Assembly (NCBI GenBank): GCA_041483895.1
Contig: JBGPGO010000007.1
Location: 32,001-96,000, forward strand
DNA: 64,000 nucleotides
DNA from: Fimbriimonadia bacterium
Lineage (GTDB): Bacteria > Armatimonadota > Fimbriimonadia > Fimbriimonadales > JABRVX01
Reading direction: 5' to 3'
The notes under the pieces were generated by a model. It made no database searches. It had not been told where the DNA came from and worked only from the letters and a program-made list of their open reading frames with translations. Numbering within the stretch: position 1 is the first letter of the stretch; each line of letters starts with the position of its first letter. The translations under genes and the position numbers were made by a program. Positions 1 to 8,630 of the stretch are shown here, in pieces.

Positions 1-861
1 CTGTTAGTCGATGGTCCCAACAAGTTAGTGGTATTTCCGGAAGGGGAAGATTACAGTCAGAACGATACACTTCTTCCCTTCCAATCCGGCCTGTTCCAAC
101 TACTGTTCTATGCGTGCGACGATATGACTTTCAATCACGCCCTGTATGTCCAACCCGTTGCGGTCAAGTATCATTACGTGGACGCAGCGAGGCGAGAGAT
201 TGACAAGTCAATGACCAGATTGGAGCGTGCTCTGCAGTTGCGTGGCGAGCCACCCCCTGACACGTACGATCGCTTGCGCCGCATTGGCGAATCGGTAGTG
301 ACAACCGCGGAAACAATGTATGGATTGGAACACGGAACCTTAGACGATATGAATCCACGCATCGACGCGATCAAGGAGGCGATGATTGTGCGAGTCGCCG
401 ATGCGGTTGGCCTCGATCGATCGTCGTTGGGCCGCACGTTGCCCGATCGAATGCGCACACTGATCAACACGGTCCATAGCGTCACAAAGGTCCAGGCGGA
501 GCCAGAATCGATCTATCAGGTCCGATTGTTGCTGCAAGAGCGCGACCGCATTCGACCGCTGTTGCATGATCTCAATCGTCTGTCGAACTGGATCGCGGTG
601 AAGGATGAATATGTGCGCGTGAAGCCGACGACGGAACGGATGATGGATACGCTTTCCAGGCTGGAGATCGAGGTTTTGGGCAAGGTGCGAATTGGCGCCA
701 AGAAACGATGTTTTGTGCGATTTGCTGATCCATTTGACTTGCGCGACTATGCCGAATCATACGCCAACGATAGGCGATCCGCGGTTCGGGACGTCACGAT
801 GCGAACGGAACAAGCGGTTCAGGCGCTCTTGGATGAAATGAACGAGACTTTCTCCAGGTAG
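1..861 (+). CDS. Phospholipid/glycerol acyltransferase (1-acyl-sn-glycerol-3-phosphate acyltransferase family), 5'-truncated by window
   Basis: Frame open from base 1 (LLVDGPNKLVVFPEGE); FPEG motif followed by PVAVKY and a long helical C-terminal extension. Confidence 0.75.
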   Translation: MLVDGPNKLVVFPEGEDYSQNDTLLPFQSGLFQLLFYACDDMTFNHALYVQPVAVKYHYVDAARREIDKSMTRLERALQLRGEPPPDTYDRLRRIGESVVTTAETMYGLEHGTLDDMNPRIDAIKEAMIVRVADAVGLDRSSLGRTLPDRMRTLINTVHSVTKVQAEPESIYQVRLLLQERDRIRPLLHDLNRLSNWIAVKDEYVRVKPTTERMMDTLSRLEIEVLGKVRIGAKKRCFVRFADPFDLRDYAESYANDRRSAVRDVTMRTEQAVQALLDEMNETFSR

Positions 862-1721
862 TCGATTGTCGATGATAAGATATCACGCTGGCGATGAAGA
901 TCAGCGAGAGCATGATCGGATACTCGCCGCGCCAGGTTGCGCCTTTCTTCGGAAGGTGAAGACTGACACGAAGCGGTCTTTTGGTAGATGCACCAATCCG
1001 CTGTAGTTGCGGCGATAACGGATCGCTCCGGCCCTTGGATCAGTTGCATTCCCGACACTTCGAGAAGCTCCTTATACAAAAAACCGTAGTAGGCAGACTC
1101 CGGTCGATGGAAGGGGCCAGGATTGTATAGGTCCACTGCCAGGTATAGTTGTCCGCCGGTTTCAAGATGGCATGATAGATCGACTAGCAGTCCCGGCAGA
1201 TCTTCGACATGTTCGGCGACATCATAGCAACTAATAGCATCAAATCGCTCTTCCGGCAAGGATCTCGCATCAACGATTCGTATCTTTTGGCCGCGAGTAT
1301 GATATCTCCAGGCAGCGAAATCGGTCTGAATTCCGGGCACGTCGGCATGTGTCACTTCGAAACCTACCAACGCATGTGCAAGGCAATCTCGCCCAATTCC
1401 TGCGCCGACATCCAAATACCGAACACCTCGTAAGTTCTTCGCGTTTTGCAGGGCGACGGCCGTGCGCGCTGTTAGATGGCGGACGCGAGCATTGCCTGCC
1501 AAGAGAGCGAATAGAAACTCCTCGGAATCTTCGTAGAGTTCAGAGTTGTGGATGTCCGGGGGAGTGGCTTGTGCCGTTTCGCATCGGGTGACGACATCCT
1601 CAACCGGTTCGCCCTTGTAGTCTGCGTACTCGGTCAGAATATCCAGATAGGGATCGTCCACCTTGTAACGGGTCAACTTTCGAACCCATTCAAATTCATT
1701 TTGCGCCGGCTCCATGCACAC
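819..1721 (-). CDS. Class I SAM-dependent methyltransferase
   Basis: Motif I YLDVGAGIG and post-motif FDAISCYDVAEHVED. Confidence 0.8.
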   Translation of the reverse strand: MCMEPAQNEFEWVRKLTRYKVDDPYLDILTEYADYKGEPVEDVVTRCETAQATPPDIHNSELYEDSEEFLFALLAGNARVRHLTARTAVALQNAKNLRGVRYLDVGAGIGRDCLAHALVGFEVTHADVPGIQTDFAAWRYHTRGQKIRIVDARSLPEERFDAISCYDVAEHVEDLPGLLVDLSCHLETGGQLYLAVDLYNPGPFHRPESAYYGFLYKELLEVSGMQLIQGPERSVIAATTADWCIYQKTASCQSSPSEERRNLARRVSDHALADLHRQRDILSSTIDYLEKVSFISSKSA

Positions 1722-2065
1722 CTCCGATTCAATTATCGGCTTAACCTCGTCTAGTTACCTGGCGTCGCACACGATAGATGCGGAAGGTAGTAGATCCCAG
1801 GGGTCGGGTAGAAATGCCGGCAAATTGGTAGTCTGTGCGTGTTGACGGTTCCAGCTCGCTGGGACAGGATGGATATGGAGGTTGTCGCGCGATCTAATCG
1901 CTGTAATGCCTGCTTCGATTTATGTCCCCATCGAGTGCGCAGATCGACCGGCTGCGAGCGGTCCCACCGTCCGCCAACCGGCAGAGGTCCTTGTTGGGCG
2001 CCCCGGCTCAACTGACGTGTACCGGGCCAACGGACCTAGCTGGCCGGCGGGCTTGTCCCGACAAG

Positions 2066-2094
2066 TTGACGATCCTGGGGGCCAAGGGTATAAT
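2066..2094 (+). promoter_or_regulatory. Sigma70-type promoter of tRNA-Asn
   Basis: TTGACG-17 nt-TATAAT, ending 12 nt before the tRNA. Confidence 0.85.
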
Positions 2095-2106
2095 TCGCCG
2101 CACCGT

Positions 2107-2182
2107 TCCTCGGTAGCTCAGTTGGTAGAGCAGCTGACTGTTAATCAGCGGGTCGTAGGTTCGAGTCCTACCCGAGGAGCCA
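2107..2182 (+). tRNA. tRNA-Asn (GTT); island integration site
   Basis: 76 nt; acceptor stem TCCTCGG/CCGAGGA, D arm TAGCTCAGTTGGTAGAGC, anticodon loop CTGTTAA, T loop GGTTCGAGTCC, encoded CCA. Confidence 0.98.
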
Positions 2183-2240
2183 AGTTTCCAAGTACGAAGC
2201 CGATCGTTCCTCTGCGCATTTTGTGCTTTCCCACTTACCT

Positions 2241-2265
2241 TTGACACCTTTTTTGACACGCTTTG
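2241..2265 (+). repeat. Tandem TTGACAC repeat, putative integrase arm-type site
   Basis: TTGACACCTTTTTTGACACGCTTTG, 58 nt after the tRNA end; related copies at 3866, 29437, 29680, 49766. Confidence 0.65.
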
Positions 2266-2438
2266 GGCGCGGGGGTTTTCCGAGTTTTCCGAGGCTTCTT
2301 AACGTGCGCGCGAGGCGGAATCGGTTGGTTTGGACCGGAGTGTTCGTTCCTTACATGACTCGCCTCGATCTTCCAGACAGTCGTCGCCGGTCAGGACGCA
2401 ATCTAGGAACTTTTCACGCAATCATGTCTGCCTAGGAG

Positions 2439-3638
2439 GTGGCGCAAATCATGGCGAAGAGACGATCCAATGGCGAAGGAACAATTACGCAAAGGAAGTG
2501 CGACGGCCGATGGGAGGCTCGGCTGTTCCTCGGCTACATAGGCGGCAAACGAAAGTGGAAGTTCCTGCACGCCGCGACAAAGGAAGTGGCGGTGAAGAAG
2601 CTGCGCGAGGCGCAGGTCCAGCACGCTCGCGGCGTCAACGTCGCACCGGAAAGGCAGACGCTAGAGCAGTTCCTCTGGCGCTGGCACGAAGAGGTCGTGA
2701 AACTCCGAAACCGACCGAAGACAATTCTCTCTTACGAGCAACTGATCCGCGTCCACCTCGTGCCCTCACTCGGACGCTTCACTCTCCAGAAGCTAAGTCC
2801 ACAAGATGTTCAGATGTTCCTCAACGAACGGTATCGCTCCGGCCTCTCGCCCCGGACCGTTCAGTATCTGCGTGGCGTGCTCCGTTGCGCCCTGAACGAT
2901 GCTCTTCGTTGGGACCTCGTGCATCGAAACGTGGCAACACTTGCCCAACCGCCAAAGGGCCAACGCAAAGAGATGACGGCGCTTGGACCCGAGGAGGTGA
3001 AGCGCTTCCTCATTGCCGCCGAGGGCCACCGGCTGGAGGGCTTCTTCGCGCTCCTCATGGCGACCGGCATACGACTCGGCGAAGCGCTGGGCCTCAAGTG
3101 GGAGGACGTCGATTTCGACAAGGCGACGTTGACGGTGAGAAAGCAACTCCAGCGCCTGAAGGGTTCCGTATCGCTTATCGATCCAAAGACGGACCGCGCC
3201 CTGCGCACCATCCCGATCGCGCCGTTCGCGATCGAAGCTCTTCGCGGGCATCGCTCTCGCCAACTCGAAGAGCGATTGAGGAATGCGGGCAAGTGGGAAG
3301 ATCAAGGGTTCGTCTTCTGCACTCAGGTCGGCACTCCGGCGGATGAGCGGAAGATACGAAACGGCTTGCGGGAGATTCTCAATTCGGCGGGCCTTCCCAA
3401 GATGCGCGTCCACGACCTTCGCCACACCTGCGCGACCCTGCTCCTCTCGCGCAACGTCAACCCTCGCGTCGTGCAAGAGGTCCTTGGCCACTCGAACATT
3501 AGCCTGACGCTCGGCACGTATAGCCACGTACTGCCGACGCTCGCCAGGGAAGCGGCGGACCAGATGCAGGCGGCCGTTGCAGGCTCGCCGCGCCCCACGG
3601 CCTTGCGACCATCCGGCTCATTTCTAGCCCGGCCATAG
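2439..3638 (+). CDS. int: Site-specific tyrosine integrase (phage/ICE type); ATG at 2451 is an alternative start
   Basis: N-terminal RRSNGEGTI arm-binding region, GIRLGE (R), HDLRH, LGH, catalytic Y in GTYSH; adjacent to tRNA. Confidence 0.95.
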   Translation: MAQIMAKRRSNGEGTITQRKCDGRWEARLFLGYIGGKRKWKFLHAATKEVAVKKLREAQVQHARGVNVAPERQTLEQFLWRWHEEVVKLRNRPKTILSYEQLIRVHLVPSLGRFTLQKLSPQDVQMFLNERYRSGLSPRTVQYLRGVLRCALNDALRWDLVHRNVATLAQPPKGQRKEMTALGPEEVKRFLIAAEGHRLEGFFALLMATGIRLGEALGLKWEDVDFDKATLTVRKQLQRLKGSVSLIDPKTDRALRTIPIAPFAIEALRGHRSRQLEERLRNAGKWEDQGFVFCTQVGTPADERKIRNGLREILNSAGLPKMRVHDLRHTCATLLLSRNVNPRVVQEVLGHSNISLTLGTYSHVLPTLAREAADQMQAAVAGSPRPTALRPSGSFLARP

Positions 3639-3865
3639 AACAATCAAGTGATAATTGCGGACGCATGCCCATGGAGTCGCACAATCTCTGCCGAATTACT
3701 TTCAAGACGCTCGCTCCTAATGGCTGGACGGGTAATAGTGCTTCAGGTTCAAGTTTTGTAGAATCGTCTGCCAAAATCCGCCAAACGGCGCCACCTGCCC
3801 CCATGTCCGAGTCAGCGGGTAACTCGGTAGGTTTTGAGTACCAATAGCGCCGGTTTGAGCGCGAG

Positions 3866-3887
3866 TGACACGCAAGTTGACACTCAT
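3866..3887 (+). repeat. Tandem TGACAC repeat (arm-type site)
   Basis: TGACACGCAAGTTGACACTCAT; 12-bp period as at 2241 and 49766. Confidence 0.55.
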
Positions 3888-3908
3888 CGTAGACCGTGCG
3901 AATCCAAA

Positions 3909-4319
3909 TCACATGTTGCCGTCGGTCATGGAGAACATCTGTCCTCCGGCGTTGTAGCTGTAGGCGCGAGTGTTGCCAATCTGGTCCTTCTCCGTGGCCT
4001 TCCTGTTCATGGAATCGTAGGTGAACGTCATATAGTGGCCGCGCGGATCCCGCACCGTGGTCAAATTGCCCACGTCGTCGTAATAGAGGGTCGTGATCTG
4101 GCTGGCCGCGTCCACCGTGTAGCTGACGCGGTTGAAATTGACATCGTACACCCGCTCCGTCACGTTCCCCATGGCATCGCGAGTGTACCGGAGATTGCTG
4201 GAGTTGTCGTAGGCAAACGTCGTGTTCTTGCCGAGCTGATCGGTGAGCGTGGTCAGCCGCCCCATACTGTCGTATTGCCGGCCGACTGTGTTGCCCAGCG
4301 GGTCTGTCGTGGTCAGCAA
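3909..4319 (-). pseudogene. Orphan Rhs/YD-repeat core fragment
   Basis: Repeats such as YDSMGRLTTLTDQLG, YDDVGNLTTVRDPRG, YDSMNRKATEKDQIG; no N-terminus or toxin tip. Confidence 0.85.
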
Positions 4320-4373
4320 ACGCTACTCTTCATCACGAGGAAATGGGCCGAGGTGATAAACTGTCAATTAGCT

Positions 4374-4823
4374 TCATCTTTCCCTTTTGAGGAATAAGAT
4401 ACTCCACAGACAATAGCCGAAAAGTACAAAGGCAGGTATCCCAAGGAGAGCCACTACAGATGTGTCTCTCGAGGGGGTCTCCGAGAATGCAGTCAATTGC
4501 ATCGCGTACAAAATCTCAATTATGGCTACTGGGAAGCACAGGACAAAAGCAGTAATGGGTCCCCAAGCCCGCTCTCGTTGAATTCCGATTCCTGCTATCA
4601 TGAGGCCGACGCCCCAGCTCGATAATAATAGTCCGTTTGCGAGGCCGAATCCGGAAGAAAGCCCAAAGATGGGATTAACACCTGTTGCGAGTGCAGTCCA
4701 AATCATCAGAATGTTCCAACTGACACCGATCAGCATGGCTAATAGTCCAAAGATAGTCGAGTGCCTAGAGAAATCGATTTGCTTTGACAACGGCTCCCCT
4801 TTAGGTCGTGAAGACGACCCCAC
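4374..4823 (-). CDS. Small multi-pass membrane protein, putative immunity protein of the upstream Rhs toxin
   Basis: About 4 hydrophobic segments; directly downstream of and overlapping the Rhs-CT gene; AT-richer than flanks. Confidence 0.6.
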   Translation of the reverse strand: MGSSSRPKGEPLSKQIDFSRHSTIFGLLAMLIGVSWNILMIWTALATGVNPIFGLSSGFGLANGLLLSSWGVGLMIAGIGIQRERAWGPITAFVLCFPVAIIEILYAMQLTAFSETPSRDTSVVALLGIPAFVLFGYCLWSILFLKRER

Positions 4824-5877
4824 CGAGACATTGATTCTTGAGATCTAGGTCATTGCACATATATGCTGCGGTGCAAATTGCTGCCCGCACACACCGTGCC
4901 GGATCTGGAGTTGAAAGCAAGGAGCATCCCTCATCGATGCAGCTCTTTGCGGCGGCGCACAGTTGCTCATCACACTGAAAAATCCCAAAACTCGAGAACA
5001 GCCCCAAAAATCCACCGACGTCACTATAGCATTGATCGTGGGCCCAGCAGGCCGCATCAATGCAATCTATCGGCTCGCCATATCCTGGATTATTGCCGCC
5101 ACAATAGCGACCATAACGGAAGAAAACATCGCCGGGCCTCCAGAAAACTGGCCCCCAACCCCCTGGTGGTTCCGGTGAACCGGGCCCCCATGGATTGGTC
5201 CTCGGACGCGGTCGTCGTGGTGGTGGCGTGCCGCCACCGAAGATGGGAGGCAACGAAACCCAGATTGGGCTCGGTGCAACAGGGAATCCTGGCGCAAAAG
5301 GCGGTACAAACGGTCCAGATGGTTTGGGCGCCCAAGGTTTGCAGCGAGCGTAATAATTGGAGGCCCATGCATCGCATGCAATATCGCACAGCATTCTGGC
5401 GATGCCCTCGAGGGAGTTGCACCCCCAACAGAACGTCCAGAGCGCATCGTTCTCGCTCTTGCATGTGACTCCCATTGCGAACCATAACCCACTCGGATCA
5501 ATGCCAAATGTCGGTCTGTTATCGACGTACGCGTACAGGTTTTGGCCTCCGGAGTATCCGATCGGATCGGCGGTCTGGAATCTGGCGCGATCAGTAGAGT
5601 AGTAACGCCGGCGAAGGAACTTTAGGCCGGAAGTCGTGCCATCGTCGTAGTAACCATAGCGGCCGATGAACTTGAACGGCGTGTCGTATTGGGCAGGAAG
5701 GGTGTTCGATAGGATATTGCCCCAGGCATCGTACTTGACTTCGCCCCTCGCATTCCCGTCCGTGTCGTAGAGGCCGGTTGTGGAGCCGTCAGCATCGAAG
5801 GTGTAGTAGCTCGCGACGCCGTCCCGTTCTTCCATCAGAAGCTGTCCGTTTGCGTAAATATATTTAACTCCCGCCAT
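4801..5877 (-). CDS. Rhs-associated core plus C-terminal phospholipase A2-like toxin (orphan Rhs-CT)
   Basis: Rhs core signature RYY..RFQTADPIGYSGGQNLYAYVDNRPTFGIDPSGL; tip has YGRYCG and DCIDAACWAHDQCY (sPLA2 Ca loop and His-Asp dyad); ATG at 5877 follows GGAGGAGAAGG. Confidence 0.8.
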   Translation of the reverse strand: MAGVKYIYANGQLLMEERDGVASYYTFDADGSTTGLYDTDGNARGEVKYDAWGNILSNTLPAQYDTPFKFIGRYGYYDDGTTSGLKFLRRRYYSTDRARFQTADPIGYSGGQNLYAYVDNRPTFGIDPSGLWFAMGVTCKSENDALWTFCWGCNSLEGIARMLCDIACDAWASNYYARCKPWAPKPSGPFVPPFAPGFPVAPSPIWVSLPPIFGGGTPPPRRPRPRTNPWGPGSPEPPGGWGPVFWRPGDVFFRYGRYCGGNNPGYGEPIDCIDAACWAHDQCYSDVGGFLGLFSSFGIFQCDEQLCAAAKSCIDEGCSLLSTPDPARCVRAAICTAAYMCNDLDLKNQCLGGVVFTT

Positions 5878-6030
5878 TATGCCTTCTCCTCCAGCAGGTC
5901 TTCCCCGTCCCAGATCATGGTTCGGATTGTTGTCCCCGGTTCCTGCTTCGTCCTTCGCTTTCCATCCCCGGCGTAAGTATGGCTGCTCCGGGTCCCGCCG
6001 ACATACAGGATCGACACTTGCCGGTCTGCA
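5877..6030 (-). pseudogene. Upstream Rhs repeat remnant, out of frame with the Rhs-CT
   Basis: HTYAGDGKRRTKQEPGTTIRTMIWDGEDLLEEKA then a stop overlapping the next ATG (TAATG). Confidence 0.65.
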
Positions 6031-6034
6031 TGCC

Positions 6035-8206
6035 TTACTCGATCCGAATCTCGAATAACCGCATTTCCCCTGCGGCGAGGCGCCCCGTTTGTCCTTGCCA
6101 CTGGCCGCTCGTAATGACTGCGCCGCGCGACCTGCCGTCTCCGCCAAACTCCGTCACCCGATACCGCCCGGAAGGCGACTTGAGCCAAGCCGACAGGTTG
6201 CAGGAGAACTTGACAGACCTCGCGGGGCCGTCGTTGACCACGACCATCAGAGCCCGGTCGGGGAGCACGTAAGACGTCAAATGCGCCGGGGACGGCTCCG
6301 AGAGCAGGCACTCGCCGATTAGCACGCCGTCCGTGAAGTACTTCAAGAACCGCTTGCGCAGCGCCGCGCATTGCTTCAATGCCTTGCTGAACGCGGGATG
6401 GTTCACAATCGAATCCGACCCGTTTGTGGACTCGGGCTTGCGCGGCATGACGCACAAATACAGGTTGTCGGCGAACGCCCGCTTGACTGCGAGCGGCGAG
6501 GAGTCGATGCAGTAGTTCAGCCTCGGCGAGGGGAACACGCTCGTCAGCGGGCAGAAGTCCTTGCCCTTGTACGGTCCCCAGTTCCACGTGTAGTCAAGGA
6601 TGTTGGAGTCAAGTTCCCAGTTCCGCAGTTCCTCGCCTGAGAAGGTGGATTCCGGGTCGCGCCGCTTGGCATAGGCGCGGATCAGCGACGTCACGGAGTT
6701 CATGTTGGGCGGCGGGACGTTCGTGGTCAGGTACTGGTCGAAGCAGACCGAGGCCACGCCCAGGTCGATCAGGTGCATGCAACCCTCCAGGATGTCTTCT
6801 GCCCATTTGACGCCCGCAGGCCCTGCCTGCACGCTGGCGAACTGGCTGGCATAACCCGACATCGTTCGCGGGACCAGTTCCGAATGGTAGGTCCAGGCGC
6901 CGTCGCTCGTCACTCGCAACCCGTAGCGGGGCGCTGCCTCCGCGCCTATCAGCAGCACGCCGATGAACGGAACAGCGTTTACGCCGAACTTTTTGCAGGC
7001 GGCCACGGCATCGGCCATGTCCTTCTCGGCGCCGATGTTCGGATACGGCTTGGGCATGGGCCGCTGAAGGTCGTCGCGAAACGACCAGAACATCAGCTCG
7101 TCCAGGCCGTGCTCCTTCGACTCCTTGGCCAGCGCGGGCAGGTCTTTGAACCTGTAGACCGGGTCCTTGGGGTCGGCGGCCTGATACTGCGACATCCAGA
7201 CTGTACGGAAGCCGAGCCCTTCGCGAACGTGCTTCGGCACAGGCCAATCGCGCTTGAAATGGGTCTTCGCAAAGGCTCGATACGGCTCGATGCCCTTGGC
7301 CCAGCCGCCAGTGTGCGGGGTCAGCCAGAACTCGCCGCTTTCCCATTTCTCGCCAACGTTGATCGTGGCCGCGTGCAGGACCATCAGGCGGAGCTTCTGC
7401 TCGACCTCCGAATGCTGGAGCATCACGGGCAACTCGGGGTCCCAGCCCCACCTTCTGGGGAACAGGCTGAAGCCGCCCTTCAGTCCGCCAAAGTCCATCC
7501 ACCGGACGATCATGTCGCTAAGGTGCAGCCCGCCGGAAGTGTATTGCACCGAGTACGACGACGAGGGCTGTACGTAGTGCCAGACGCGCGATTCCTCCGT
7601 GGGCGCAAGCTGCACGAACGGCTGCATGCCGAACGCGCAGGTGCGAAAGGTCGTATTGGCCCGCCCTGCGAACGGCAGGAGCCCACTGAAGTCCGGGAAG
7701 ATCACCTGCCGGACCGGGGTCTTTGACCGGTTCTCGACCGTGCATGCCATGATCACCGAGCGCCCGTCCCTGGCTGCCTTCAGCGTGACGGTCGCCGAGA
7801 CGTCGCCCTCGACCTTGGCCCAGTCGCGGCTCATGCCGAGCTGGTCCCAGTGGACGGTTACGGCGTCCTTGCTGACGTATATCTTCGCGCCGTGCGAGAA
7901 GCGCGATGCGCGGCGTAACGGTTCGAACTCGTGAATTGGAGTGGCGAGGTCGAGGATCGTGGCCCGTCCGGGCTTGGATCTCAGCATGTCGATCCCAGCG
8001 TACCGAAGATGCAGGATGCTGCCGGTGTCGGCGTCGAGTGTGATAGCCAGACCGTTGAGGTTTGCGGTGACTGCGCCGGCGTTGCCCTTCCCGATCGCCC
8101 CGCTTGGGGAGGGCCAGGCCGCGGCCAGGGTGAGGAGGCAGAAAAGAGCGCGATTGACGGTGAGGCTCGGGCCGTGGAACATTGCGACCATTATTGCACG
8201 GCCCAC
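6035..8206 (-). CDS. Secreted putative glycoside hydrolase (DUF6259-like); start uncertain
   Basis: Signal-like ALFCLLTLAAAWP; beta-sandwich N-terminus and TIM-barrel-like region; resembles 42068-45484. Confidence 0.55.
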   Translation of the reverse strand: MGRAIMVAMFHGPSLTVNRALFCLLTLAAAWPSPSGAIGKGNAGAVTANLNGLAITLDADTGSILHLRYAGIDMLRSKPGRATILDLATPIHEFEPLRRASRFSHGAKIYVSKDAVTVHWDQLGMSRDWAKVEGDVSATVTLKAARDGRSVIMACTVENRSKTPVRQVIFPDFSGLLPFAGRANTTFRTCAFGMQPFVQLAPTEESRVWHYVQPSSSYSVQYTSGGLHLSDMIVRWMDFGGLKGGFSLFPRRWGWDPELPVMLQHSEVEQKLRLMVLHAATINVGEKWESGEFWLTPHTGGWAKGIEPYRAFAKTHFKRDWPVPKHVREGLGFRTVWMSQYQAADPKDPVYRFKDLPALAKESKEHGLDELMFWSFRDDLQRPMPKPYPNIGAEKDMADAVAACKKFGVNAVPFIGVLLIGAEAAPRYGLRVTSDGAWTYHSELVPRTMSGYASQFASVQAGPAGVKWAEDILEGCMHLIDLGVASVCFDQYLTTNVPPPNMNSVTSLIRAYAKRRDPESTFSGEELRNWELDSNILDYTWNWGPYKGKDFCPLTSVFPSPRLNYCIDSSPLAVKRAFADNLYLCVMPRKPESTNGSDSIVNHPAFSKALKQCAALRKRFLKYFTDGVLIGECLLSEPSPAHLTSYVLPDRALMVVVNDGPARSVKFSCNLSAWLKSPSGRYRVTEFGGDGRSRGAVITSGQWQGQTGRLAAGEMRLFEIRIE

Positions 8207-8630
8207 CCTCAGCGCGGAGGCAACCGGCGCATTGGAGCCGCCGCGTATCCCGCCTCACCGTGTCCGGTGCGTAGGCCATGGCCTCCACGGCCGCCACTCC
8301 GCCCGGCCAGGCCGCCTTTGCCCGCAACCCGAAACTGGGCGATCAAGCCGTTCACAAGATCGATGCGTTTCAAACGATTGGTAGGGCGAAGATGGAATTG
8401 GTGGTGCGACGTGGAAAGGCGTGCGTGTCGGCAGACGCCAAAATGGCTTCGGCACCATCCAGCGCCTCTACCCACTTTGGCAAGCACGCCATAAGATTGA
8501 GGGCCGGCGCGCCGAGCAGCCAGATCCCCATGCCGGTCCATCCCACAACAAGCACAGAGACGGTGGTTTCAGATTCTTAGGCTGAAAAGAAGGCAGTGCC
8601 AACCACACCGGCTCGGGCGACCGCTGACTC

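Noticed and set aside
1751..2040. Short ORFs upstream of the tRNA
   Set aside because: No motif or RBS support
8209..8600. Short hydrophobic ORF and small palindromes between glycosidase genes
   Set aside because: No recognisable family and no match to the 28-bp site
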